Below, piece by piece: positions 9,112 through 19,790 of a stretch of 64,000 nt of DNA; positions within the stretch are counted from its first letter, which is position 1; every line of letters begins with the position of its first letter. The notes beneath the pieces were generated by a model, which was not told the DNA's origin, ran no database searches, and saw only the letters and a list, made by a program, of their open reading frames with translations. The position numbers and the translations under genes were made by a program. Source of the DNA: Bacteroidaceae bacterium (lineage in GTDB: Bacteria; Bacteroidota; Bacteroidia; Bacteroidales; Bacteroidaceae); contig JAFZFN010000029.1 in assembly GCA_017555875.1 (NCBI GenBank), positions 15,100-79,099 of the forward strand. The letters are read 5' to 3'.

Positions 9112-10737
9112 TTGACTATGGCCAAGAATGGAACGTTGCTTTGGATTGATGACGAGATAGAACTTCTTCGCGCTCACATCCTCTTCCTCAAAGGGAAAGA
9201 CTATGAGGTGGACACTGCCACGAACGGGCGGGATGCGCTGGATCGTTGCCGTGAACGTAGTTATGACCTCATCCTGATTGACGAGAATATGCCTGGCCTT
9301 ACGGGACTAGAGACGCTTACGCTCATCAAGGAGGTGCAGCCTACAGTGCCCGTAGTGATGGTGACCAAGAGCGAAGAGGAGGATATCATGAATCAGGCCA
9401 TAGGTGCCAAGATTGCTGACTACCTCATCAAACCCGTCAACCCTAACCAGATACTCCTGACGCTGAAGAAGAATATCCACAAGAAGGATCTCATCACCGA
9501 AGCTACCAATACCAACTATCAGCAAAATATGGGGCGCATCGCTATGCAGATCAATGATGCGGATACACATGAAGACTGGGCAGAGGTGTACAAAAACCTC
9601 GTCTATTGGGAACTGGAGCTGGAACATGCTGACAATAATATGGGCGAGATGCTACGTCAGCAGAAGGAGGAAGCAAACAACCTTTTTGCAAAATATATAA
9701 GGAGGAATTATGAGAGTTGGTTTAGCTCCCTCCTTAGCTCCTCCAAAGGAGATGGGGCTAGGGCTCGCGGAGCAAATCTTCCCTCTTTTGGGGGACAGAG
9801 TGACCAACCGCTGATGTCGCCACACCTTTTCCGTGACCGTATATTCCCCTTACTTGACCAAAAGGAGAAAGTGGTGCTCATCGTCTTCGACAACTTCCGC
9901 TATGACCAATGGAAAGTCATCAGTCATGAGCTTAGTGGAGAGTTTTCTTTCGAAGAAGAACTCTACTACAGCATTCTCCCCACTGCTACACAGTATGCTC
10001 GCAACGCCATCTTCTCGGGGCTCATGCCCAACAAGATAGCAGAGATGTTTCCCGAACTTTGGGTCGATGAGGATGAAGAGGAGGGTAAGAATCTCAACGA
10101 GGCTCCACTCATACAGACACAGATAGATCGCTATCGTCGTCGCGATAGTTTTGCATATCATAAGATTAATGATGCGCAGGGAGCAGAGCGACTAGTGTCG
10201 CAGTTCCGACAGTTCGAAAATAATGACCTCAATGTCGTTGTGGTTAACTTTATCGATCTCCTGAGCCATGCTCGTACAGAGTCGAAGACGCTGCGCGAGC
10301 TTGCTGCCGATGAGGCTGCCTATCGTTCGGTGACACTCACTTGGTTTCGCCACTCGCCGTTGCGTGAACTTTTCAGTCTCCTAGCCGAGAGCGATTATAA
10401 GGTGGTTATCACAACCGATCATGGCAGCATACGGGTCAATAGTCCCATCAAGGTGGTAGGTGATCGCAATGTGAATACCAATCTGAGATACAAATTGGGC
10501 AAGACTCTCAACTATAATCCTCGTGAGGTCTACGAGATAAAGGACCCGCGCAAGGTGTTGCTCCCGTCACCCAATGTGAGCACAGCTTACATCTTCGCTT
10601 GGGGAGACAACTTTTTCGCCTATCCTAACAACTACAATTATTATGTCTCTTACTACCGCGACACCTTCCAACACGGAGGCATCTCGATGGAGGAGATGAT
10701 AGTACCATTCATAACATTAACACCGAAGAAAAGATGA
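9112..10737 (+). CDS. porX: PorX-like response regulator with a CheY receiver and a PglZ/alkaline-phosphatase-like domain
   Basis: The receiver has the phospho-acceptor Asp context (LILIDENMPGLTG). The roughly 540-aa length and the C-terminal PglZ-like domain match the T9SS regulator PorX family. Confidence 0.7.
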   Translation: MTMAKNGTLLWIDDEIELLRAHILFLKGKDYEVDTATNGRDALDRCRERSYDLILIDENMPGLTGLETLTLIKEVQPTVPVVMVTKSEEEDIMNQAIGAKIADYLIKPVNPNQILLTLKKNIHKKDLITEATNTNYQQNMGRIAMQINDADTHEDWAEVYKNLVYWELELEHADNNMGEMLRQQKEEANNLFAKYIRRNYESWFSSLLSSSKGDGARARGANLPSFGGQSDQPLMSPHLFRDRIFPLLDQKEKVVLIVFDNFRYDQWKVISHELSGEFSFEEELYYSILPTATQYARNAIFSGLMPNKIAEMFPELWVDEDEEEGKNLNEAPLIQTQIDRYRRRDSFAYHKINDAQGAERLVSQFRQFENNDLNVVVVNFIDLLSHARTESKTLRELAADEAAYRSVTLTWFRHSPLRELFSLLAESDYKVVITTDHGSIRVNSPIKVVGDRNVNTNLRYKLGKTLNYNPREVYEIKDPRKVLLPSPNVSTAYIFAWGDNFFAYPNNYNYYVSYYRDTFQHGGISMEEMIVPFITLTPKKR

Positions 10738-11144
10738 CAATCACCATAAAGTCTATTGATAGCATCGCTGATGCTGCTCGAGAATTTATCACTCAAATAG
10801 GAGAGAATAAAATATTTGCCTTCTATGGAGCCATGGGCGCTGGTAAGACCACCTTTGTGAAGGCATTGTGCGAGGCGATGGGCGTGACCGATACGGTAAA
10901 TTCTCCAACCTTCGCTATAGTCAACGAGTATGATACTCCCTCGGGTAGCCCCATTTATCACTTTGATTTCTACCGTATCAAACGCCTTGCGGAAGTGTAT
11001 GACATGGGCTACGAAGATTATCTCTATGGTAGAGGGCTATGTTTCATCGAATGGCCCGAACTTATCGAGGAGTTGCTCCCCGAGGAAACTGTCAAGGTTA
11101 CCATTGAAGAGCAACCTGACGGTACTCGCGTGGTGAAATTCTGA
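10734..11144 (+). CDS. tsaE: tRNA threonylcarbamoyladenosine biosynthesis protein TsaE
   Basis: P-loop GAMGAGKTTF and the SPTFAIVNEY motif. The start overlaps the porX stop (ATGA). Confidence 0.85.
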   Translation: MTITIKSIDSIADAAREFITQIGENKIFAFYGAMGAGKTTFVKALCEAMGVTDTVNSPTFAIVNEYDTPSGSPIYHFDFYRIKRLAEVYDMGYEDYLYGRGLCFIEWPELIEELLPEETVKVTIEEQPDGTRVVKF

Positions 11145-11258
11145 GAAAAATAAAAAAAGTTGAGGAATATTGTCCTTTTTTGACTAATTTTGCACCATAT
11201 TCGGGTGGAGTGTGCTCGCGCGCTCGCTCGTATATGGTATTTTTCATAATATAAGTGC

Positions 11259-12128
11259 ATGAAACAGAAGAAAAAGAGGGCGATAGATATTCAGTTCATC
11301 ACAGCGTGTATCAGCACTTCGCTGGTGTTGTTGCTGCTGGGGACTGTGGTGATGGTAGTGCTCACGGCAGGTCGCTTGTCTGACCATGTGAGGGAAAACC
11401 TAGAGTTGTCACTGCTGCTCAATGATGATGCACGGACGGAAGAAGTGAATCGCATTGTGAGCTATGTGGAGGCTCAACATTATGCGAAAGAGGTGCGCTA
11501 TATCTCCAAGGAGGAGATTCTTGCAGATCAGACGACCTCGATGGGTTTGGATCCCACGGAGTTTTTGGGATATAATCCCTATACTGCATCCATTGAGGTG
11601 AAGCTAAAAGCAGACTATGCTAATACGGATAGCATCACACCCATCAAGAACCGACTGATGCGCTACACGCAGATTCGCGAGATCTCTTATCCGAGCGAAC
11701 TCATGGATAATGTGAATGAGAATATTCAAAAGATAAGCGCTCTGCTACTGGCACTGGCGTTGGCCTTGTCGTTCATTTCGTTCGCACTGATAAGTAACAC
11801 TATTAAGCTCACCATCTATTCGCAGCGATTCTTGCTGCATACGATGAAGCTTGTAGGGGCTTCATGGAGCTTTATCCGACGTCCCTTCTTGTTGCGCAAC
11901 CTAGCAATCGGTATTGCGTCGGGTGTATTGGCTAACGCCTTGATTGGTGGAGGTGTCTATATGCTGCTCAAGCACGAGCCTCAGTTGACTCATCTCTTCA
12001 CCATGCAAACACTCAGCATAGTGGGTGGTTCGGTAATGGTGTTTGGCATGCTCATCACGTTGTTGTGTGCCTATGCCTCGATCAACCGCTTCTTGAGAAT
12101 GAAGGCTGGAGACCTATATTACATATGA
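11259..12128 (+). CDS. ftsX: Cell division protein FtsX-like permease
   Basis: Four-TM FtsX topology with a large periplasmic loop. Conserved synteny with the DUF3098-uppP-truB genes downstream. Confidence 0.7.
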   Translation: MKQKKKRAIDIQFITACISTSLVLLLLGTVVMVVLTAGRLSDHVRENLELSLLLNDDARTEEVNRIVSYVEAQHYAKEVRYISKEEILADQTTSMGLDPTEFLGYNPYTASIEVKLKADYANTDSITPIKNRLMRYTQIREISYPSELMDNVNENIQKISALLLALALALSFISFALISNTIKLTIYSQRFLLHTMKLVGASWSFIRRPFLLRNLAIGIASGVLANALIGGGVYMLLKHEPQLTHLFTMQTLSIVGGSVMVFGMLITLLCAYASINRFLRMKAGDLYYI

Positions 12129-12250
12129 TCAGTGCGTCCATGATGTCTTTAATGAATGGCAACAGTGTTGTGAGATGCTCAGTAATTGGTCAATATGGTT
12201 TTATGAACATACAGGATGACATACGAAAGAACTTTTAAACTCATATCGAT

Positions 12251-12478
12251 ATGAAAGAGAAATTTGCACTTGAGAAAACAAACTTTATCCTTATTGCCAT
12301 AGGAGTGGTCATTATCATCGCAGGACTGCTCTTGATGACGGGTCCTAGCTCTACAGAGGCTCACTTCGAACCAGATATCTTCAGTATACGTCGTATAGTG
12401 GTGGCACCGTTCGTGTGCTTTGTCGGGTTTGTATTTATGATTTTTGCCATCATGTTTCGTCCGAAGAATAAGAAATAA
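12251..12478 (+). CDS. DUF3098-family small membrane protein
   Basis: 75 aa with two TM helices. It sits between ftsX and uppP, as is typical in Bacteroidota. Confidence 0.55.
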   Translation: MKEKFALEKTNFILIAIGVVIIIAGLLLMTGPSSTEAHFEPDIFSIRRIVVAPFVCFVGFVFMIFAIMFRPKNKK

Positions 12479-12497
12479 ATATCACTAGTATATAGCT

Positions 12498-13343
12498 ATG
12501 AATGTATTCGAAACCATCGTCATCGCCATTGTTGAAGGCTTGACCGAATTTCTCCCTGTATCTTCTACGGGGCACATGATTATTGCTCAGAACCTTTTGG
12601 GAGTTGAGAGTACCGACTTTGTTAAGGCTTTCACCTTTATTATCCAGTTTGGCGCTATTCTCTCTGTGCTTGTGCTCTACTGGAAACGTTTCTTTCAGCT
12701 TAATCGTACTCCTCTCCCTGAGGGGACTTCAGCGGTGAAGCAGTTCTTGCATAAGTATGATTTCTATTGGAAACTTTTTATTGCGTTCATTCCTGCTGCC
12801 GTGTTTGGCTTGCTCTTCAGTGATGCTATTGATGCTATGCTTGAGCGTGTCGAAGTAGTGGCAGTAACGCTTATCCTTGGTGGTATATTTATGATTTTCT
12901 GTGATCGCATCTTCAATAAGGGCAGCGAGAAAACCGAACTCACCGAAAAACGCGCCTTCTTGGTGGGTCTCTTCCAATGCATTTCGATGATTCCTGGTGT
13001 GTCGCGCTCCATGGCAACCATCGTGGGAGGTATGTCGCAGCGTTTGACTCGCAAGGCTGCAGCTGAGTTCTCTTTCTTTTTGGCAGTACCGACCATGCTG
13101 GCTGCTACAGTATACAAGGTATATGACTTGGTGAAGGAGGGTGGCATTGAAATCATCACCGACAACCTTTCGACGTTGTTGATTGGTAATGCAGTTGCAT
13201 TCATCGTGGCGCTCTTGGCTATCAAGTTCTTCATAGGCTTCGTTACCAAGTATGGATTTAAAGCCTTTGGTTGGTACCGCATCCTTGTTGGCGGACTTAT
13301 TCTTGCCTTGCTTTTCACTGGACATAATCTCACTATTGCCTAA
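12498..13343 (+). CDS. uppP: Undecaprenyl-diphosphate phosphatase
   Basis: BacA/UppP motifs [10 protein letters not shown] and the PG.SRSG region. Confidence 0.9.
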   Translation: MNVFETIVIAIVEGLTEFLPVSSTGHMIIAQNLLGVESTDFVKAFTFIIQFGAILSVLVLYWKRFFQLNRTPLPEGTSAVKQFLHKYDFYWKLFIAFIPAAVFGLLFSDAIDAMLERVEVVAVTLILGGIFMIFCDRIFNKGSEKTELTEKRAFLVGLFQCISMIPGVSRSMATIVGGMSQRLTRKAAAEFSFFLAVPTMLAATVYKVYDLVKEGGIEIITDNLSTLLIGNAVAFIVALLAIKFFIGFVTKYGFKAFGWYRILVGGLILALLFTGHNLTIA

Positions 13344-13346
13344 GAG

Positions 13347-14096
13347 ATGGGTGCGGATTTTAAGTCGGGAGAGATCCTCTGTATTAACAAACCCTATACG
13401 TGGTCCTCGTTTGCTGTAGTGAACAAGGTGCGTTACATGCTGTGTCGCAAAATGGCAGTAAAGAAACTCAAAGTGGGACACACTGGAACCTTGGACCCCT
13501 TGGCGACTGGCGTGATGATTCTCTGTACGGGCAAGGCGACGAAGCGTATCGAGGAGTTTCAGTACCAGACGAAGGAGTACGTAGCACACATCCGTCTTGG
13601 TGCTACCACTCCGTCGTACGACTTGGAGAAGCCCATTGATGCTACCTATCCAACTGAGCATATTACGCGTGAACTCGTTGAGGAAACCTTGAAGGACTTT
13701 GTTGGAACCATCGAGCAGGTGCCTCCCTCATTTTCTGCCTGTATGGTCGATGGCAAGCGAGCCTATGAATTAGCACGTAAGGGTGAGGAGGTGCAGCTGA
13801 AGGCTAAGACACTCGTCATTGATGAAATAGAACTTCTTGAGTGTAACCTGCCCGACATCGTCATCCGCGTGGTCTGCAGCAAGGGAACATATATACGTGC
13901 CTTGGCTCGCGACATTGGCGAGGCGCTGCAGAGTGGCGCACACCTCACAGGACTTGAGCGTACGAGGGTGGGTGAGACCACACTGTCCGACTGTATGAGC
14001 ATCGATGAGTTTGTCGATTGGCTAGAGACTGTAGAATTGTCCGGCACCCTTGATACATCTGAAAACTCTGAGATTACTGATTCTCCCCAGAACTAA
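13347..14096 (+). CDS. truB: tRNA pseudouridine(55) synthase
   Basis: Catalytic motif GHTGTLDPLATGV. Confidence 0.9.
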   Translation: MGADFKSGEILCINKPYTWSSFAVVNKVRYMLCRKMAVKKLKVGHTGTLDPLATGVMILCTGKATKRIEEFQYQTKEYVAHIRLGATTPSYDLEKPIDATYPTEHITRELVEETLKDFVGTIEQVPPSFSACMVDGKRAYELARKGEEVQLKAKTLVIDEIELLECNLPDIVIRVVCSKGTYIRALARDIGEALQSGAHLTGLERTRVGETTLSDCMSIDEFVDWLETVELSGTLDTSENSEITDSPQN

Positions 14097-14126
14097 ATCT
14101 GATAATTATTAATTAAAAGATATAAC

Positions 14127-15179
14127 ATGAAACTTTCACAATTCAAATTCAATCTACCCGAAGAGCGTATTGCCATGGAACCAACCTTTCATCGAGACGA
14201 CTCGAAGTTGATGGTCGTGCATCGCAAGACAGGTGAGATAGAGCATCGACTTTTTAAGGAGGTCCTTGACTATTTCGATGAAGGCGATGTTTTCCTCTTC
14301 AATGATACCAAGGTGTTCCCTGCCCGTCTCTATGGTAATAAGGAGAAGACAGGGGCTCGTATTGAGGTTTTCCTTTTGCGCGAACTCAACGAGGAGTTTC
14401 GTTTGTGGGATGTACTTGTAGATCCTGCCCGTAAGATACGTATCGGCAATAAACTCTACTTTGGCGATGATGAGGCTATGGTAGCTGAGGTTATCGACAA
14501 TACGACCTCTCGCGGACGTACTCTGCGTTTCCTCTACGATGGACCACACGACGAATTTAAGGAGGCTCTCTATGCCCTTGGCGTAGCTCCATTGCCCTAT
14601 TATATTGATCGTGAGGCTAACGATGAGGATTTTGCTCGTTTCCAGACGATCTATGCCAAGAATGAGGGTGCTGTGACTGCTCCAGCAGCAGGACTGCACT
14701 TTAGCCGTGAACTGATGAAGCGTATGGAGATTAAGGGAGTAGATGCTGCCTATGTCACCATGCATATCGGTCAGGGTATATTCCGTGATATCGATGTGGA
14801 GGACCTTACTAAGCATAAGGTAGACTCAGAGCAGATGTTTGTAGAGCGTGAGCCGACAGAGATTGTTAATGGGGCAAAGGATAAGGGACACAAGGTGTGT
14901 GCCGTAGGTACATCTGTAATGCGTGTGCTAGAGACTGCCGTAGGCGCTGATGGACGTCTGAAGGAGTATGAGGGTTGGACGAGTAAGTTTATCTTCCCTC
15001 CCTACGAGTTCCGCTTTGCAGACAGTCTTATCACAAATTTCCATATGCCGTACTCTACTATGCTTATGCTCACCGCTGCGTATGGTGGTTACGAGAATGT
15101 GATGCACGCTTATGATGTGGCGCTAGAGAATGATTATCGCTTTGGTGCCTATGGTGATGCCATGCTCATCGTTGATTAA
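14127..15179 (+). CDS. queA: S-adenosylmethionine:tRNA ribosyltransferase-isomerase
   Basis: 350-aa QueA family. The gene order truB-queA is conserved. Confidence 0.88.
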   Translation: MKLSQFKFNLPEERIAMEPTFHRDDSKLMVVHRKTGEIEHRLFKEVLDYFDEGDVFLFNDTKVFPARLYGNKEKTGARIEVFLLRELNEEFRLWDVLVDPARKIRIGNKLYFGDDEAMVAEVIDNTTSRGRTLRFLYDGPHDEFKEALYALGVAPLPYYIDREANDEDFARFQTIYAKNEGAVTAPAAGLHFSRELMKRMEIKGVDAAYVTMHIGQGIFRDIDVEDLTKHKVDSEQMFVEREPTEIVNGAKDKGHKVCAVGTSVMRVLETAVGADGRLKEYEGWTSKFIFPPYEFRFADSLITNFHMPYSTMLMLTAAYGGYENVMHAYDVALENDYRFGAYGDAMLIVD

Positions 15180-15191
15180 GCGTTTGAATGG

Positions 15192-15623
15192 ATGAAATCA
15201 TACCTGGGATTAGGGACTAACTTGGGTGATCGCTCAGCTAACATACGTTGTGCGATCGATATGATAAATGAGCAGGCAGGCCATGTGCTTGCTTGCTCAT
15301 CTTTTGTCGAGACAGAGCCATGGGGCTTTGTCTCCGACAATGCATTTCTCAATGCTGTTATAGAGATTGATACTTCCCTTACTCCATATGAGCTCTTGCG
15401 TGTTACACAAGGCATAGAGCGCTCGATGGGACGTATAAGGAAGAGCATCAATGGTAATTACTCGGATCGTATTATAGATATAGATATTCTCCTATATGAG
15501 GATGTTGTTGTTGGTGAACCAGAACTTACCATTCCGCATCCTTTGATGTGGCAGCGGCGCTTCGTTTATGAGCCCCTCTTGGAGATTGCTCCGCACCTAA
15601 AAACACTATCTTCTCATCCTTGA
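15192..15623 (+). CDS. folK: 2-amino-4-hydroxy-6-hydroxymethyldihydropteridine pyrophosphokinase
   Basis: HPPK N-terminal motif YLGLGTNLGDR and the P..DIDIL motif. Confidence 0.88.
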   Translation: MKSYLGLGTNLGDRSANIRCAIDMINEQAGHVLACSSFVETEPWGFVSDNAFLNAVIEIDTSLTPYELLRVTQGIERSMGRIRKSINGNYSDRIIDIDILLYEDVVVGEPELTIPHPLMWQRRFVYEPLLEIAPHLKTLSSHP

Positions 15624-15902
15624 GGAAATATTTAGTAGCTAATGTATAAAAACATCGATTTCATCGGTGTTTTTTTGTGTTTTTATAGCTGCTATTATGC
15701 TGGTGTGTCTATGAGTTTAGGTGGGTGTGTCTATTCTGTATGTAAACAAAAACTTTTTTCGATTAAAGCATAATTTTACCTGTATATATAGAATTTTACC
15801 CCTATATGTGTTTTGTCCCTATGTGAGTGAATGTGGCTTGTATTTTGACAGAACTCGAAATAAAACGCGAAATTTGCACTCGAAACAATCGAAAATAAAA
15901 AG

Positions 15903-17561
15903 ATGGTCAAACATTATTTGAATCACGTGGAGAATGCTATCAAGAACTATTGGGATTCTCCAGCTTTTACCAACTACGGTAAAAACACGTTTACTTTTGG
16001 TCAAATTGCCGAGAATATCGAGATGTTGCACATCCTGCTTCAGGAAGCTGGCGTTGTTAAGGGAGATAAGATTGTCCTTTGCGCCAAGAACTCTGCAGAA
16101 TGGGCGGCTTCGTTTATGGCTATTGGCACCTATGATGCCGTGATGGTACCCTTGCTCAATGACTTCCTTCCTGAGAGCATACAGAATCTGACTAATCATT
16201 CTGACGCGACAGCGATTTTTACCGAGCCTGAGATCTGGAATAAGATGGATGCAACGAAGATGCCTAAGGTGAATATTGCTATCAATATTCAGGATTTTAC
16301 TCCTATATATACCAAAGACAGTGAGGTCGATGCCGAAGCATTTCATGGTAAGTGTGAGCGGATTTACGCTGAGCGTTTCCCCGACGGGGTGAAGCCTGAG
16401 CATATCAGTTATCCTACAGGAAGCCTTGACGAACTGGAGCTTATCAACTATACCTCTGGTACGACAAGCGACCCTAAGGGTGTGATGCTCTCAGCCCGTG
16501 CCATCAGTTCTAATGTGGAGTTTGCTATGAAGCACATGCCCAATCAGCCTGGGTGGCATATTCTCTCTATGTTGCCTTTGGGACATATGTATGGTATGGC
16601 ATTTGAGTTTCTCTATCCCTTTGCGTCGGGTTGTCACATCTTCTTCTTGGGTAAGACCCCTACACCTTCGGTTCTTATCAAGGCATTGTCAGAGGTTAAG
16701 CCCTATATGTTGGTGACTGTGCCTCTCGTTGTGGAGAAGATTTTCAAGGGTAAGGTGATGCCTACGCTTAACAAGCCGCTGATGAAGGTGCTGACTGCCA
16801 TTCCTGGTGTAAACAATATTATCTATGGCAGCGTACGCAAAAAACTTCTTACTACATTTGGCGGTAACCTTGATCGTGGTAGTCTCATTGTAGGTGGTGC
16901 AGCTATCAACGAAAAGGTGGAGAAGCTGATGAAGAAGATGAAGTTCCCCTACACCGTGGGTTATGGTATGACCGAGTGTGCTCCACTCATCTGCTATCGC
17001 AATTGGAAGACCTTCGCTATGCGTTCATGCGGACAAGTCGTTGAGCGTATGGAGGTACGCATCGATTCGGAGAATCCTGCCAAAGTAGTGGGTGAGATTC
17101 AGATGAAGGGCGAGAACGTGATGATGGGTTACTACAAGAATCCTGAAGCTACAAAGGCGACCTTTACCGAGGATGGTTGGCTCAAGAGTGGTGACCTTGG
17201 TGTTATTGATGCCGATGGCAATGTGTTTATTAAAGGTCGTTCTAAGAATATGATCCTCAGCGCTAGCGGACAGAACGTTTATCCTGAGGAGATTGAGGAT
17301 AAGTTCAATAGCCTCCCCCTCGTGATGGAGTCTATCGTCATCAGTCGTGGCAATAAGATTGTGGCTCTTGTCGTTCCTGATATGGATGCGTTTAAGCGTC
17401 TTGAGGGTAATACGAAGAGCGTCAATGAGATAATGGATGAATACTTAAAGCAGGTTAACACCGAGCTGCCCGCATATAGTAAAGTGAACCTTTTGGAACT
17501 CCGTGATGAGCCCTTCGAAAAGACTCCGAAGCGTAGTATCAAGCGATTCCTCTACTCTTGA
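15903..17561 (+). CDS. AMP-dependent synthetase / long-chain-fatty-acid--CoA ligase
   Basis: AMP-binding motifs YTSGTTSDPKGV and GYGMTE. Confidence 0.85.
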   Translation: MVKHYLNHVENAIKNYWDSPAFTNYGKNTFTFGQIAENIEMLHILLQEAGVVKGDKIVLCAKNSAEWAASFMAIGTYDAVMVPLLNDFLPESIQNLTNHSDATAIFTEPEIWNKMDATKMPKVNIAINIQDFTPIYTKDSEVDAEAFHGKCERIYAERFPDGVKPEHISYPTGSLDELELINYTSGTTSDPKGVMLSARAISSNVEFAMKHMPNQPGWHILSMLPLGHMYGMAFEFLYPFASGCHIFFLGKTPTPSVLIKALSEVKPYMLVTVPLVVEKIFKGKVMPTLNKPLMKVLTAIPGVNNIIYGSVRKKLLTTFGGNLDRGSLIVGGAAINEKVEKLMKKMKFPYTVGYGMTECAPLICYRNWKTFAMRSCGQVVERMEVRIDSENPAKVVGEIQMKGENVMMGYYKNPEATKATFTEDGWLKSGDLGVIDADGNVFIKGRSKNMILSASGQNVYPEEIEDKFNSLPLVMESIVISRGNKIVALVVPDMDAFKRLEGNTKSVNEIMDEYLKQVNTELPAYSKVNLLELRDEPFEKTPKRSIKRFLYS

Positions 17562-17595
17562 GCAGGAATATAAATCAGGCATTAACCTAAATCCT

Positions 17596-17645
17596 TGCCA
17601 TCCTTACCTATCCTTCAGTGGGTAGTAGGGGTGGCTTTTTTTATG
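17596..17645 (+). terminator. Rho-independent terminator after the acyl-CoA ligase gene
   Basis: Imperfect GC hairpin followed by a T7 run (ggtggcttttttt). Confidence 0.5.
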
Positions 17646-17735
17646 TTTGCCCTGCTTGGTGAGTGAGTTTCTTGTCTGAGAGTGTGGTTTTCTGCGAATA
17701 AATTTGTACTTTTGGCCTCGAAAACAGATTGACCG

Positions 17736-18587
17736 ATGGAATTCTTTTCACAAGCGATACCACGATACTTGCTTACAAAGCGCAGCCTCACTATTATGGT
17801 GACTTCGGCTGCTGCTTTTGCATTCCTCTTTATCATTATATACAAGCCCTTCAATGTGGAGCATTGGGCAGAGGTGTCCCGATTCGTTTTTGTTGCTTGT
17901 GTTTTGGGTATTGTCTTGCTAGGTATGAGTATAGCCGCTATCAGTAGGGTGATTATGTGCTATTATGCCAAGAAGCATGCGGTTAGCTATCTGCAATATA
18001 TAGCATGGGTGTCTGTGGAATTGGTGCTCATGTCGGTAGCTTTTACAATTTGTTCTACGCTTACAGGGGTGCAACTTGATATCTGGGAAGCATTCGAGAA
18101 GTCTTTGCTCAATACTTCGCTCATTCTTCTCATTCCCTATATTGTCAGTATTACCGCTTTCACTTTGCAGGATCGCAATAATCGTTTACGTCAGATAGAG
18201 GATGATTATGACAAGGCCATGCAAGAGCGGGCCACGATAAAGAGCCTCATTTCCTTCTACGATGAGCGGGGTGAGCTGCAGCTCTCGGTTACGAAAGAGA
18301 ATCTTCTCTATGTCGAGAGCGCGGACAATTATATATATATATGGTATATGAAGGGAAACCTTCCCAAAAAGTTGGTGCTTCGCAATACGCTGAAGCGCAC
18401 CTCCGAACTCTTGGCCGACACCAATGTGATGCGTTGTCATCGTGGCTATATGGTCAATATGGAACAGGTGAAGGTGCTCCGTCGAGAGAAGGATAATTTT
18501 TATCTGGAATTGGGCATTGAAGGAGTAAAAGATATCCCCGTGTCGAAGACTTATGGCGATACGGTGCTCAAGTGGCTTTCGATGTAA
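17736..18587 (+). CDS. Membrane protein with a C-terminal LytTR DNA-binding domain
   Basis: Four or five N-terminal TM helices precede a LytTR fold (LLYVESADNYIYIWY...VMRCHRGYMVN). Confidence 0.75.
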   Translation: MEFFSQAIPRYLLTKRSLTIMVTSAAAFAFLFIIIYKPFNVEHWAEVSRFVFVACVLGIVLLGMSIAAISRVIMCYYAKKHAVSYLQYIAWVSVELVLMSVAFTICSTLTGVQLDIWEAFEKSLLNTSLILLIPYIVSITAFTLQDRNNRLRQIEDDYDKAMQERATIKSLISFYDERGELQLSVTKENLLYVESADNYIYIWYMKGNLPKKLVLRNTLKRTSELLADTNVMRCHRGYMVNMEQVKVLRREKDNFYLELGIEGVKDIPVSKTYGDTVLKWLSM

Positions 18588-18815
18588 GATTTTTTTTTTC
18601 GCTTTCGCGAACAAATCTGTTAGGTTTTACATTCTATAGGCAAAAACAACGCTTTTTTAGGGTTGTTAAGGCTTTTTACAACCGTTATAAAGTATAAATC
18701 GCACAAGAATTGTAAAGTTTTACATAAAATCACGCGGTAAAATGAATAAAATGTTGTACCTTTGTCGCCCGATTGGCTATATCCACTCGGAAGCGGCCAA
18801 TAAAATGTAAGCAAA

Positions 18816-19382
18816 ATGGGTAAATTTGACAGTTATAAGATAGACCTTAGAGGTATGAGAGAGGTGAACGCCTCTTACGACTGGAACGTCGATAACGAGT
18901 TCTTTGCCCATATTGACGGCCCCGAAGTACAGAAGGGCAAGGTGAAGGTCTCACTTGAGGTACATCGCAGTGTCGATGTCTACGAGTTGCGCTTCGTTAT
19001 CGATGGCACTATTGTGGTTATTTGTGACCGCTGCCTCGATGAGATGGACCTTGACATACACACGACGGGCAAGTTGCAGGTGAAGCTAGGTGCAGACTAT
19101 GGCGAGCAGGGCGATGTGGTGATTATTCCCGAAGCAGAGGGCATCATCAACGTGGCTTGGTACATATACGAGTTTGTGGCGCTGGCCATCCCCATGAAGC
19201 ATGTACATGCTCCTGGCAAATGCAACAAAGAGATGTCTGGCAAGCTGAACAAGCACTTGTTGCGCTCGACCGATGACGAGGACTTCGGCGACGAGGCAAT
19301 CACGTTTGGCGAGGAGGCAGACGAAGCGGAGACACCTATGGATCCGCGTTGGGAAGGTTTAAAGAAAATAATTAATAATTAA
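18816..19382 (+). CDS. yceD: YceD/DUF177 large-subunit rRNA accumulation protein
   Basis: DUF177 CxxC...C pattern. It sits immediately upstream of rpmF, as in most bacteria. Confidence 0.8.
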   Translation: MGKFDSYKIDLRGMREVNASYDWNVDNEFFAHIDGPEVQKGKVKVSLEVHRSVDVYELRFVIDGTIVVICDRCLDEMDLDIHTTGKLQVKLGADYGEQGDVVIIPEAEGIINVAWYIYEFVALAIPMKHVHAPGKCNKEMSGKLNKHLLRSTDDEDFGDEAITFGEEADEAETPMDPRWEGLKKIINN

Positions 19383-19393
19383 AACTAAAAGAA

Positions 19394-19579
19394 ATGGCAC
19401 ATCCTAAAAGAAGACAATCGAAGACCAGAACTGCCAAGAGAAGAACTCATGACAAGGCAGTAGCTCCTACATTGGCCATCTGCCCCAACTGTGGCGAGTG
19501 GCATGTATTCCACACTGTATGCGGCGCTTGCGGCTACTATCGTGGAAAGTTGGCTATCGAGAAAGAGGCTGCAGTATAA
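19394..19579 (+). CDS. rpmF: 50S ribosomal protein L32
   Basis: MAHPKRRQSKTRTAKRRTHDK with CPNCGE...CGACG zinc-ribbon cysteines. Confidence 0.95.
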   Translation: MAHPKRRQSKTRTAKRRTHDKAVAPTLAICPNCGEWHVFHTVCGACGYYRGKLAIEKEAAV

Positions 19580-19603
19580 CTTGCGGCTCAATCAATCGAA
19601 CAG

Positions 19604-19636
19604 GAAACCGCATCACACCGATGCGGTTTCTTTGCT
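19604..19636 (+). terminator. Rho-independent terminator after rpmF
   Basis: Hairpin aaaccgcatc-acacc-gatgcggttt followed by cttt. Confidence 0.7.
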
Positions 19637-19783
19637 AAATTATTAAAGGAGTTAAAGAAGATAAAGGGAGATAGTCGCTTTCGCTCCTTGGGAGATAAAA
19701 GCCAAATGTCTTGTGCGCGGTGTACCTAACTATTGGCATTTAACTCCATTTATCTCCCTTTAACTCCCCTTATCTCCTTAAAA
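19633..19783. repeat. Imperfect inverted repeat (about 30-bp arms rich in ggagttaaag/ggagata) flanking a roughly 75-bp core upstream of era
   Basis: Left arm ttaaaggagttaaagaagataaagggagata. The right arm is the reverse complement with one 9-bp indel. Confidence 0.6.
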
Positions 19784-19790
19784 GAAGCAC

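Noticed and set aside
9112-10737. PglZ domain taken as evidence of a BREX defence system
   Set aside because: The PglZ-like domain is fused to a CheY receiver (PorX architecture). No BrxA/B/C/L or methyltransferase genes are nearby, and the neighbouring genes are housekeeping.
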